From an uncultured Gemmatimonadales bacterium (GTDB lineage: Bacteria; Gemmatimonadota; Gemmatimonadetes; Gemmatimonadales; GWC2-71-9), in NCBI GenBank assembly GCA_963842945.1, contig CAWJIM010000023.1, positions 448,001-512,000 on the forward strand: 64,000 nt of DNA, in the 5' to 3' direction. The translations under genes were made by a program, and so were the position numbers. The notes beneath the pieces were generated by a model, which made no database searches, was not told the DNA's origin, and worked only from the letters and a program-made list of their open reading frames with translations. Each line of letters opens with the position of its first letter. Position 1 is the stretch's first letter. This document shows positions 32,483 to 42,561 of the stretch, piece after piece.

Positions 32483-33265
32483 CTCTCCTCCAGGCGCCGC
32501 ACCGCGACGAGCCGTTCGCGGAGCGGCGCCGCCCGGCTCCCGGGAAGCCAGGGCTCTACCACCATACCACCGCAGGAAAGCGTGGAATGCACCAGAGTGT
32601 CAGCCTCGCCGGCAAAGGCCACGTGAGTAATGGAGGCAGTGGACTCGCCCCGGAAGAACAGCAAGTCACCCGGACGAACGGAGTCAAGTGAAACCGATGT
32701 TCCGCTAGTGACCTGCTGGGCCGAATCGCGCGGCAGGCTTACGCCTCGGGCGGCAAAGGTGGTCTGAACCAGGCCGGAGCAATCGACCCCCCAGGGCGTG
32801 ACTCCGCCCCACTGGTAGGGACTGCCCCAGAAATGCTCGAACGCCCATCGCTCCGGCGCCTTGGCCCGGGCGCCGGATATGCTCTCCTGCAGCTCTCGGA
32901 TGCAGCCAGCCACGACCCGTCCCTGTCTGCCATCGGGAAGGCGAACGACATCGCGATCCAGGGTGAGCCGGGCGCGCAATGGAATCGGCAGGGCGGCGCC
33001 GCCGACCCGAACCGTGGCGCCCTCACTCCAGGCGTTTACCTGGGAGCGCCACTCCTCGGCAGCCGGATCCTCCACTTCGGACAGATATCCCAGTATGGAT
33101 CCAGCCGTCGTAGGCGTCTGCGTCGGTCCGGACCCGTCTCCATTCGCCGGTCCGCTCCAGCAGAGTTGCAGTCTCACCCAGGACGAGCTGAGTGACCTGC
33201 TCGGCTCGCGCGGTCGGATTTGCCAACACGGGCGCCAGCGCGGCGCGAGCTATGACCGCGGGCAC
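32479..33265 (-). CDS. SH3 + NlpC/P60 (C40) peptidase, indel near 33090
   Basis: SH3-like TQLVLGE...W.RV...YDGWI; PYQWGG, GVDCSGLVQ, PRDSAQQ, PGDLLFF, ITHV; no signal peptide. Confidence 0.88.
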
Positions 33266-33275
33266 GGAAGCGTTC

Positions 33276-33455
33276 TCATGCGCGCTTTTCCGGGGGCGCC
33301 TGCTTGGCGCAATCCTGACACAGCGTAACTCCGCGAAAATTGCAGATCAGGCAGATGAAGGTGCCGCAGTTGGCGCAGGGATACCCCTCGGAGGCGCGCT
33401 CCTCCCGGCCGCAAGCGCGACAGGTCATCGCGTCGTGTTCGTTGAGCTCGGGCAT
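33276..33455 (-). CDS. 59-aa eight-cysteine (4x CxxC) zinc-finger miniprotein (not in ORF track)
   Basis: Hand translation: MPELNEHDAMTCRACGREERASEGYPCANCGTFICLICNFRGVTLCQDCAKQAPPEKRA*. Fills the gap between the regulator and NlpC/P60. Confidence 0.82.
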   Translation of the reverse strand: MPELNEHDAMTCRACGREERASEGYPCANCGTFICLICNFRGVTLCQDCAKQAPPEKRA

Positions 33456-33462
33456 GGGGACT

Positions 33463-34809
33463 CTAGGCGGTGATGTTGTAGCGTTTGATCTTGTTGATCA
33501 GCGTCGCCCGCGAGATGCCAAGCTCGACAGCCGCGCGCGTCCGGTTGCCTGCGTGGTGCTTGAGCGTGCGCTCGATGTGCTGGCGCTCGAGGTCTTCGAG
33601 ACTGAGCGGCGTGTGCCGCCGATCTCCCAGTCCTGGCCGGGCCCGGAACTCTCCCGGTAGGTGCTCCACGCTCACGGCCGGCTGCCCCCGCCCCAGGATA
33701 AGTGCCCGCTCCAGGACGTTGCGCATTTCCCGAACGTTTCCGGGCCAGGGATACGCCAGCAGCCGCTCCAGCACTTCACTCGACAGGGCGCCAGGGCCCT
33801 CGGGCAGCTCCGACTGCAAGTCCCCCATGATTCTGGTCAGCAGCGCGAGCCGGTCCTCCCGGGACCGATCCCGCACCGCCGGAAGCGTTAACGGCATGAC
33901 GCTGAGGCGATAGTAAAGGTCTTCGCGAAAAGCCGCGGTTTCGACTTCGGCTTGAAGATTCTTGTTGGTGGCTGCAACCAGGCGCACGTCCACCGTGATC
34001 TCGCGAGTGCCGCCGAGACGGCGAAAGGTCTTCGTTTCCAGGACCTTCAACAGCTTTGGCTGTAACTCGGGGGCCAAGTCACCGATCTCGTCCAGAAAAA
34101 TGGTTCCCCGGTCTGCAATCTCGAAGAGACCCTGCTTGCGGTCTTTGGCGTCGGTAAACGCGCCCTTTTCATGACCAAACAGCTCGGAATCGAGAAAGGT
34201 GGCGTTGAGTCCCGCGCAGTTCACCTCCACGAACGGGGCCTTGGAACGCGGGCTGAGGTCGTGGATCATCCGGGCCACCCAGCCCTTGCCGGTTCCACTC
34301 TCACCATTGAGGAGCACCGTTGTCCGCTCGCTCTGGGCCAGCAGAGCCACCTGATGGGCGAAGTCCTGCATGCCCGAGGAGGCACCCAGGGAATCGAGCC
34401 CATGGCCCGGGGCGCTCTGTACCAGCAAGGCTTCATTGATTCGGCGGAGCCGCGCCTTGTCGGCCACCCGGGCAGTGGCGGCGGCGAGGTGCTCCATATC
34501 CACCGGTTTGGTCAGGAAGTTTTCGGCACCCATCTGCATGGCGCGAACGGCGGTGGCCACGTCGGTCTGCCCGGTCAGGAGGATCACTGAGGCGTCCCGC
34601 TGGCGCAGGTGCTCCAGCACCTCCATTCCGTCCATTCCGGGCAACCCCAGATCCAGGATGACAACTTCTGGACGCAGACGATCGAAGGTGGCGAGTCCGG
34701 CCTCGCCGCTAAGCTCCCGCGTTACTTCATAGCCGAAGCGCTCGAAGTAGTTCCCTATGCTGCGTAGAACATCGACATCGTCATCGATCAGCAAGACCGA
34801 GCCGGCCAT
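33463..34809 (-). CDS. NtrC-family sigma54-dependent response regulator (REC-AAA+-Fis HTH)
   Basis: LLIDDD, LDLGLPGMDG, GESGTGK, SELFGHEKGAFTDA, WPGNVRE, GISRATL. Confidence 0.96.
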   Translation of the reverse strand: MAGSVLLIDDDVDVLRSIGNYFERFGYEVTRELSGEAGLATFDRLRPEVVILDLGLPGMDGMEVLEHLRQRDASVILLTGQTDVATAVRAMQMGAENFLTKPVDMEHLAAATARVADKARLRRINEALLVQSAPGHGLDSLGASSGMQDFAHQVALLAQSERTTVLLNGESGTGKGWVARMIHDLSPRSKAPFVEVNCAGLNATFLDSELFGHEKGAFTDAKDRKQGLFEIADRGTIFLDEIGDLAPELQPKLLKVLETKTFRRLGGTREITVDVRLVAATNKNLQAEVETAAFREDLYYRLSVMPLTLPAVRDRSREDRLALLTRIMGDLQSELPEGPGALSSEVLERLLAYPWPGNVREMRNVLERALILGRGQPAVSVEHLPGEFRARPGLGDRRHTPLSLEDLERQHIERTLKHHAGNRTRAAVELGISRATLINKIKRYNITA

Positions 34810-34865
34810 GATGAATTCCCGAGGCTGAGGGGTGGAGCCCCCCAAAAATTAGTCACTCGCGATGG

Positions 34866-35783
34866 CTACGCCATGGCCTTGCTGCGGGAGGGAACCAAGA
34901 TCCGGATGGCCCCCGGAACGACGCTCGCGGTAAAGGGTGTCTCACCCCCAGGCTCGCCATCCAGTTGAACCGGCTGGACTTCTTCCGCCTCTACCTGAAT
35001 TTCCCGGCCCCGGGCGTGGCCCAGGGAGGTGGCGTCTCCCAGCATCGCCGGGCCGATGCGAAGGAGGTCCCAGACCACCCGCAGGCTCTGCGGCAAACTG
35101 TCGGCTCGGACGACCACGACATCGAGCAGGCCGTCGGTGGGAGTAATGCCCGGTCCGAGCCGAACCACCCGGGGAATGACCTCGCCGCAGTTGGCCACCA
35201 ACACCATAGCGGCGTGCACTTCGTACCTTACGCCATCGATGGTGATCACGTGCAGGCTGCTCTGAATATTGGCAATGAGCCGGAGACTGGTGGCAACGTA
35301 GGCGCCCATTCCCCAGCGACGCTTATGCTGGGCCAGGGTTGCGGCCATGACCCGGGCGTCGTATCCGGCTCCGCAGGCGACAGCGAAGTACTGGTACCCG
35401 CCGGGGCGCTCCATGCGGCCCAGATCCAGCAGATGAGGCCGGGCGCTCAGGAGTGCCCGGGCCGCGCGGGCGGGGGACGGGGGGATGCGCAGGTTGCCGG
35501 CGAGAAGATTTCCTGTCCCACCAGGAATGACGCCCAGCGGCACATCAGTCCCCACCAGCGCGGCAGCCGCCTGCATGGTGGTGCCATCCCCCCCGAACAC
35601 CGCAACGACGTCCACCTTGTTGGCCACGCCATATTCGGCGAGCTCTCTCGCGTGGCCCGGACCGGTGGTGGCGAGCACCTCGACTTCCCAGCCGCCCCGC
35701 CTCAGCGTGTTTGCTACCAGGTCGGTGCTGACCCGCGCGGTGCGCGCCGCGGCCGGATTGGCGATGAGCAACGAACGGGTCAC
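34866..35783 (-). CDS. Diacylglycerol/lipid kinase family (YegS-like)
   Basis: IANPAA, GGDGT, PGGTGNLLA, QLDGE. Confidence 0.92.
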   Translation of the reverse strand: MTRSLLIANPAAARTARVSTDLVANTLRRGGWEVEVLATTGPGHARELAEYGVANKVDVVAVFGGDGTTMQAAAALVGTDVPLGVIPGGTGNLLAGNLRIPPSPARAARALLSARPHLLDLGRMERPGGYQYFAVACGAGYDARVMAATLAQHKRRWGMGAYVATSLRLIANIQSSLHVITIDGVRYEVHAAMVLVANCGEVIPRVVRLGPGITPTDGLLDVVVVRADSLPQSLRVVWDLLRIGPAMLGDATSLGHARGREIQVEAEEVQPVQLDGEPGGETPFTASVVPGAIRILVPSRSKAMA

Positions 35784-35784
35784 A

Positions 35785-38700
35785 TCAGAACTCCCGTTCC
35801 CATTTAACATCGGAGCCGATCTGATAGGTATTCGTGGAGAGGATCCCGAAGTCCTTGCGACAGGACGTCAGAGTGGGCTCCACACTGGTCTGTAGACTCC
35901 ATTCCCGGCTGAACCGGAATTCCAGGCTCGCGCCCAGATTGTTGTAGCTGAACTGGCCGAGATTCTCGGGACAGAAACCTGCGTTCAGGGTCAGGAAGGT
36001 CTTGCTGCCGAGCTGCCACCCCGCAGCCAGCTGGGTGAGCGACTGAACCCCGCGGCCATGCGCCACACCCGGCCGGATCTCGATCAGGTCGAGCGGCACG
36101 CCCAGATCCTGGATCAGCGCGCGCTCCAGCTCACTCGACAGGGCGCTGGAGAAATAGGACAACCCGGTCTGGAGGTAGTCGGTCTGCCCCAGGCGAGCAG
36201 CCTCGTTGGCGGGATATCCGGTGACCAGGTAGGAGACCAGGTCGGTTTCCGAGATCGGGGGACTGAAGGTGCTTTCCAGCGTCACCTTCGGGGCATACAG
36301 CGTCCCCGAGATGTTGGCAATCACCGGGACTTCCTCACCCCGGACGGCGCGGACGACGTGGGTTGCCCGAATGTCCAGGCCGGCATTGAGATCGCCGAAG
36401 TATCGAACCGATCCCCGGTCCACCGTGAAGTCTCGGGTGATGGGTCCGATGTGGAGGGTGTAGCTGCCCCGCAGCGCGTCCAGGGTGCCTGAAGGCGTGT
36501 AGGTCTTTTCTGTCTTGCTCAGCCGGACTTCACCGCCGAGCTGAATGTTCGCCTCGTTCGACCGAAGCCACACATCGGAGCCCAGCACCACCCGCAGGTT
36601 CTGAATCGTCGAGGAGTCCAGAAACCGGTTCTGGAACTTGGCGGCAATGCTCAGATTCTGGCTGCGCAGCAGTGTGGTATCGACCAGGTCGGCGATGGTC
36701 GGATCTTCCAGGTCGATGATGCGCTTGCTGACCAGATCGGCGAAGTAGAGGACTCCGCTGTTGGCGGCCAGGTCGCCACCCAGGGTGGCTTGAAACACGG
36801 GCCCGCGAAGCCCCAGACGGCCGGTGCCCGTGAAGGTGAGAAAGTTTCTGACGTCCAGTGCCCGGAAGGCTTCCGCCTGGAACGCCAGATCGAGCTCCGG
36901 GCGCGAGAAGTCTGCCAGCTGCACTGCGCCGGTTATGGTCAGGGTACCGCCACTCCTCAGCGAGAGCGTGTCAATTACCAGTGAGCCGCCCTCGAAGCGA
37001 GCTCGCCCTTGCAGGCCATCATAGCGGACGCCCAGCCCCGGGAGGGACATGGCCCCGTTTCTGATCTGGAGTCCACCGGCAAACTCGGGCTTCTCCCAGG
37101 TTCCACCGACATTCATATCCACCGCCAGCAGGCCCCTCACTCGATTCACCGCGGGCGTCAGCGCTTCGAGGATCCCGAGGTCCACGCTGTCGCCGCGGGC
37201 GTGGACGCTCAGTGGACCGGGCACCCGGCGCTGGCCCGCACCTTTCATCGCCAGGTCCAAGGGAAGCTTGGTCTCGATCTGGAGAACGTTTTCGCCGGTC
37301 CTCCAGAGCAGCAGGTTGGCTTCGACTTTCCGGTCGGCGTAATTCACCACGCCCTGCACGAAGGGCGCCTGGAAATCCCCGAACCTTCCCCCGTTCAGGG
37401 TAGTGGTCCCTCGGAGGGTGGGGGCCTGCGCGGTTCCCCCCAGACGCACATCCAGGCCAACCAGTCCGCCAATCGCGGCGGTGTCGCGCTGCAGTACTCC
37501 GTAGATGTCGTGCAGATCCAGCCCCAGAATGCTCAGCGCCAGCGAGCCCTCCGAGTTGCCGGGCACGCGCCCTCCCAGCTGAACGATGCCGGAGCCATCG
37601 GTGGCGCGTAGCGTTACCGGACTGATGGCCGGCGCCGAATCGCTCAGGGTGACCGCAAAACTTTCGTCCAGGCGATAGGTGTGCACCGGCAGGGTGAAGG
37701 CGAGGCTGTCGAACATCGCTACCTGGGTGGCCTCGTGCCGCCACCACCGGCCCGTGCCGTCGAGCCGGGAATCGCTTCCGATTCCTGAACCCGCTCTCCA
37801 CTCCAGCGAATCAGCCCAGCCGCTTACCTGAGTGCCGAGCCCGTGGAGCACCCACTTGTCGGCAGTGACCGAATCGGATCCCACCGATGCGGTAAGCTGC
37901 GGCCGTTGGCCGCCGATCCAGTTGAACGTTCCAGTGACGCGAGGTGAGGCGATTCGCTGCCACTCGAGCTTCTGCACCAGCAGATTTCCGCTCATCTCCA
38001 GGGTATCGAGGCTGCCGGCCAACTCCACCTGCGCTTGAGCGGTCCCGCCGAGTGGCCGACTGTCCGGGGAGCTGCCGCGGGTTTGGCCGGTAACGGCCAG
38101 GAGTAACGAATCGAAGGCGATCAGGCTATCAGCGGCCAGGCTGAATGCCATGCGGCCGTTATGAGGAGCGGTCCACCCGAGTGTACCGCTGCCCCCAACT
38201 CGGGCACCCTTCCAAAGGGCATACGCTGTGTCCAGGCGAATCACGCTGTCGTGGACGCCGACGGTGGCGTTGACGCTGTCGAGAGTCCACTCGCGCACCC
38301 TGCTGGAGGAGAGCGCGAGCCGGAGGTCTCCTTCCGGAGCGTGCAGCGTGTCGCTCCTCCCGGTGATCGTGAGCTCTCCGTTGAGCCGGGAAGGAATCCG
38401 CCGGCCTGTCAGCGATGCCAGATCCAGATTCGTGAAGCTCAGATGCAGCCCTTCGGCTCCCCAGGTTGGGGGGCGGACGGTGGCATAGCCCTGAGCCTCG
38501 ATGGTTCCGATCTGCCCGGAGAGCGCCGCATCCACGAGCAGGCGCTCGAGGTTGCCCTGACTGCGAAAACGTCCTCGCACCTCCCCTCGACTCTTCATCG
38601 AAGGGAAGGCCCGCCGGATTCCTTCAAAGGACAGAGGGTCCAGGCTCACGTCGGTGCCGAGTCCCAGAACCTCGAAGCGCGTGTCCAGATGGACCGTCCC

Positions 38701-40176
38701 TTCCAGGAGGCTGGCCGGACGGTCTTCGTCCTGATGCTGCGCCGTGCCGTTGAACACCACGTTATGCAACGGGCCGTTGAGAGTGCCCACCGCAATGACC
38801 CTGCCCGGCAGGATGACGGCCGGGGCCACCCGGCGGACGGTGCGCAGGTCGATGTCGGATTGCCTGACCTCGAAGTTGGTGAACGTCAGCCCGCTATCCG
38901 GCGAAGTGCCAACGCCGCCATCGCCGGAGATGGTCGTCAGTGGATGCCCCGGCACCGTCGCGTCCCGGAAGGCCCATTCCAGGCTCAGGTCCAGGGCGTT
39001 CAGGAAGCCGGATCCTGCCAGCTTCCCAGTTACTGTGCCGGCAAACGGAAGCGTGTCCAGAAAGGGCCGGGCGGCGTCCAGGTCGAGCTCGGTCAGCCGG
39101 AGATTCATGTCGCGCAGGCCGAGACCGCGGCGCTTGTCGGTGATGGTCACCAACTCGCCATCCACCTGCCCCAGCGGGCCGCGCAGATGCAGATCGCGGA
39201 GATCGTAGGCCGTCCTGGCTCCGGTCTCGGACCGCGCGGCCAGCACGCCGCGGCCCGTCATGGCCGGGAAGCCCGGCGAGACCCAGCGGAGGTCCACGAG
39301 ATTGACGTGGGGCGAGATCACCTGAAAGTCGAACAGAATGGTATCGCGGGGCCAGGTCACCGCGCCGCCGCCGGAAAACCTGGTGTCGGGCAGCGCGCCG
39401 GTACTGAAACTGAAGACGGCACTGTCGCCCCGGATCCGGATCCGGCCTACTGCGTCGCGCACGGTCACCCCCGGATCGTTCACCCGGGTGGCCAGTGAAT
39501 CCAGATCTATGGTGAATGGCTGGCGGTCCGGTGTGGCAATGCGAAGTCGGGAGATCCTGGTGGCCAGGTCGGAAAGCTGGATCACCCGCCTCCGACCTTC
39601 GGGCGTGTCTTCGATCAATCGCCCGGGCTTGGCTCGCTCGGCCCGCACGGCGGAATCCACGCTGATCTCGGTGATGGCGGTCCGGGGAGGGTTCCAGGGC
39701 AACGCGATCCGAAGGGTGCCCTCCGTCATCCGGACGTTGTGGAACTCGACCAGTGGCGACTTACCCCCCTTCGAACCCTTCCCGATGCCGAGCACCTCCT
39801 CATAGTTCATGCGGCCGTTGCGGTGCTTGATCAGCTGAATGGTCGGGCTCTCCAGCTGGATGCCGCTGAGGACCACCTGCCCGGCAATCAGATTGGGCAG
39901 CCGATAGCTCACGCGGGCCCGGGGCAGGTTGGCCAGCAGCACTCCGCTGGTATCGCGCACGATCAGGTTTTCCAGGGTGAGATCGTAGATAAAGGAGCCG
40001 GATATGGAGCCGACCTTCACCGAACCGATCACGATCCGGTCCAACAGGCGGGAGACCGTGCGGGCCAGGAGGTCCCGTCCCGGCGGCGTAAGCGTCATCG
40101 ACGTGACCACCCCGAGCACCATGGCCACGGAGCCAATGACGAACACGAAAAGGAAGCGCGCGAGCTGGCGCCGCAT
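35785..40176 (-). CDS. tamB: TamB/AsmA-like translocation and assembly module protein
   Basis: N-terminal TM anchor, 1463-aa beta-rich body, C-terminal TamB-like region; adjacent to an Omp85 gene. Confidence 0.85.
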   Translation of the reverse strand: MRRQLARFLFVFVIGSVAMVLGVVTSMTLTPPGRDLLARTVSRLLDRIVIGSVKVGSISGSFIYDLTLENLIVRDTSGVLLANLPRARVSYRLPNLIAGQVVLSGIQLESPTIQLIKHRNGRMNYEEVLGIGKGSKGGKSPLVEFHNVRMTEGTLRIALPWNPPRTAITEISVDSAVRAERAKPGRLIEDTPEGRRRVIQLSDLATRISRLRIATPDRQPFTIDLDSLATRVNDPGVTVRDAVGRIRIRGDSAVFSFSTGALPDTRFSGGGAVTWPRDTILFDFQVISPHVNLVDLRWVSPGFPAMTGRGVLAARSETGARTAYDLRDLHLRGPLGQVDGELVTITDKRRGLGLRDMNLRLTELDLDAARPFLDTLPFAGTVTGKLAGSGFLNALDLSLEWAFRDATVPGHPLTTISGDGGVGTSPDSGLTFTNFEVRQSDIDLRTVRRVAPAVILPGRVIAVGTLNGPLHNVVFNGTAQHQDEDRPASLLEGTVHLDTRFEVLGLGTDVSLDPLSFEGIRRAFPSMKSRGEVRGRFRSQGNLERLLVDAALSGQIGTIEAQGYATVRPPTWGAEGLHLSFTNLDLASLTGRRIPSRLNGELTITGRSDTLHAPEGDLRLALSSSRVREWTLDSVNATVGVHDSVIRLDTAYALWKGARVGGSGTLGWTAPHNGRMAFSLAADSLIAFDSLLLAVTGQTRGSSPDSRPLGGTAQAQVELAGSLDTLEMSGNLLVQKLEWQRIASPRVTGTFNWIGGQRPQLTASVGSDSVTADKWVLHGLGTQVSGWADSLEWRAGSGIGSDSRLDGTGRWWRHEATQVAMFDSLAFTLPVHTYRLDESFAVTLSDSAPAISPVTLRATDGSGIVQLGGRVPGNSEGSLALSILGLDLHDIYGVLQRDTAAIGGLVGLDVRLGGTAQAPTLRGTTTLNGGRFGDFQAPFVQGVVNYADRKVEANLLLWRTGENVLQIETKLPLDLAMKGAGQRRVPGPLSVHARGDSVDLGILEALTPAVNRVRGLLAVDMNVGGTWEKPEFAGGLQIRNGAMSLPGLGVRYDGLQGRARFEGGSLVIDTLSLRSGGTLTITGAVQLADFSRPELDLAFQAEAFRALDVRNFLTFTGTGRLGLRGPVFQATLGGDLAANSGVLYFADLVSKRIIDLEDPTIADLVDTTLLRSQNLSIAAKFQNRFLDSSTIQNLRVVLGSDVWLRSNEANIQLGGEVRLSKTEKTYTPSGTLDALRGSYTLHIGPITRDFTVDRGSVRYFGDLNAGLDIRATHVVRAVRGEEVPVIANISGTLYAPKVTLESTFSPPISETDLVSYLVTGYPANEAARLGQTDYLQTGLSYFSSALSSELERALIQDLGVPLDLIEIRPGVAHGRGVQSLTQLAAGWQLGSKTFLTLNAGFCPENLGQFSYNNLGASLEFRFSREWSLQTSVEPTLTSCRKDFGILSTNTYQIGSDVKWEREF

Positions 40177-42302
40177 CAGAAGGGTTGCCCCACCGCGATA
40201 TGAATCGTGTACTTGTGGTCGCGAGGCAGCACGTAGGCGCCTTGGCCAGGGACAGGGGTGAGATTGCCCGAGGAATCCGCCTGGAACAGCGTGCCCGGCT
40301 GGAGCTGATAGGGGTTGTACGCCACGTCGAGACGCGCGGGTCCCAGTGGGGTGGCAATGCGGATGCCGACTCCCGGTGTTAACCGGAGCTTCCGCTCGGA
40401 AGGCGGGCCCTCCCGCTGCCAGACCATTCCGGCATCGACAAAGCCCGCAAATCTCAGCCGCGAGCTGAAGATGGGTGAAGGCAGCCGAACCTCGACGTTA
40501 CCCAGGGCAAAGGTATTTCCCCCGGTGGCCGCCACGCTAACCGAGTCGGCGACAATGGTATCTCCGCGAATCCCCGCAACCGGCACCACATAGACCACCG
40601 GCCCCAGCTCATTACGCTGGTATCCCCGAACGTCGTTAGGCCCTCCGGCATAGAACCGCTGGTCCGGTGGAATGAACGCCCCGGAAACGTTGCCCACCTC
40701 GAGGGTGGGTGAGAAGATGAGCCCGCCTCTGACCCGCCAGCTCAGCACGGCATCACGAGAGAGGGGGCGGTACCAGGACATTCCGCCCGCAATCCGGGTG
40801 AACTGCTGTGAGCTGGACGAGCCGATGTACTTGGAGCTGTAGGTGACCTCCACCGATCCGATGCGTCCGCGAGAAGGATCGATCGGGCTGTTGATCCGCG
40901 GAAAGGTCGCCAGCGCGGTCAGCGTGGCGAGAGGCAGGCTCTTCCGCAGGGGTTCCACCACGTCGGCGGTGCAGGCGCCGAACACCCCGCAAAAGCTGAG
41001 CGCACTCGCCTCGGTTCTTCCGTAGGAGATGGTATAGGTAAGCGAGAGCGGATTCCGCCGCCGCGGGGTGGTGCGGGTGAGCGCCACACTGGCGCCGGTT
41101 TCCTGCCGCAGGTACACCTTGTACTCCGATCGGCGCTCGGCGAACAGCGAAACGGTGATGGCGTTGTTGGGCGAGAGAAATGCCGGCCGTCGGATCGAGG
41201 CCCCCAGGTAATAGTTCACCTTCGCCGACCCCACCTAATCCTCGCGCGATGTCCGGCAGATGTTCTGGTCGAGGCCCCAGTCCACGGGATCGCCCACTCC
41301 TACCTTCGAGACCCGGGTGGTCAGATCGAGAATGCGGCCGGCGCCCAGGAAATCACGAGTGGTCCATCCGAGCGAGCCGCGGAAGCAGTCATAGGTTGCA
41401 TAACCCATTCCACTCTGAACTCGGTGCGGTTTGCTCTCGTTCACCTGCACCACCAGAGGAACTGTAGAATCCCCCGGATGGTAGGATGCCGAGTCGATAT
41501 TCACCGTGGCAAAGCGGAACAGGTCGGATTCGTAGAGATTCCGCTGGCTTTCGAACAGCTCCTCCTGGGAGTAGCGCCGGCCGCTGCGGGCGACCAGGAG
41601 CTGCCGGACTACGGCGGTGTCGACTCGCTTCGTTCCGATGACCTCGACCCGTCCGATGACCGCTCGGGTACCCGGTTCCGCGTCCAGTGTTACCGACGCG
41701 GTCTTGGCCTGCCGGTTCGACTCAAAGGCGGTGAATACCGCGGCGGCCGGATAGCCACGGTCTCGGAGTCGCCGGATCACCGAATCGGCGCTGGCCTGCA
41801 TATCGAAACGGTTGAACGGATCGCCCACCTGGAGTGGGAGGTCGAGCAGCACGGAGCGACGCAGCCTGGGCGGCAGCGAATCCAGGCCGTTTGTGGTCAT
41901 GCTGGTGACCCGGATAGGATCGCCCTCGGTGACCCGGAAGGTGATGTGCACATCCTCCGGCGTCCGACGCACCAGCGTATCCACCACCACATCGGGGTAG
42001 CCGCTCCGCTTGTATAGCACGCCCAGCCGGACGACGTCCCGCCGGAACTCTTCCTCATCGAAGAACCGCTTGGTCCCCAGGAATCCGAACGAGCGGAAAA
42101 GGAAGGCGCGGGCAAACCAGCTGGAATTGGTCGTGACGATTGCGGCGGCCAGAATCTCATCACTGATCGCCTGATTCCCCTCGAAGCTGAGTTGTCGAAT
42201 TACCCGCTGCATCGGCTGCTGAGCCAGAACCGCAGAGGTCCAGCCGAGCGTCGCCACCAGGCCGAGCAGAAAACCCACCCGCCGAAACGGGACTTTGATC
42301 AC
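40176..42302 (-). CDS. Omp85 (BamA/TamA family) outer membrane protein, interrupted by in-frame TAG at 41235-41237
   Basis: Signal peptide and POTRA repeats (FEGNQAIS, Y...GY), FYAGGPNDVRGY, TPLGPARLD, C-terminal F. The two ORFs are in the same frame. Confidence 0.88.
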
Positions 42303-42561
42303 CGGCACTGAAGCGAACAGTGGGTGACGAGGCGCTGGTGATGCGATCGATGCGACGAGAGGGGAATGCCGCACTCCTGGACGAGGGTTCTCGACCTGTG
42401 GGCCCATCAAGACCAGATTGACGGCATGGCGTAAGCCCGGTAGTTTGACCACCTTACGTTGCAGTGTCAACGTTGGTGAATCGGCGGCGTCCCCTTGCTC
42501 CGCCGCTGAGTTGTTTGCGCTTGTCGCTCCCATCTGTCGCGAGGGGTCCGTCCGACTCACC

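Noticed and set aside
41235..41237. Pyrrolysine or genetic-code reassignment of TAG
   Set aside because: TAG is used as a normal stop by many genes here (thiG, lgt, aroB, acpS), and no pyl genes are visible.
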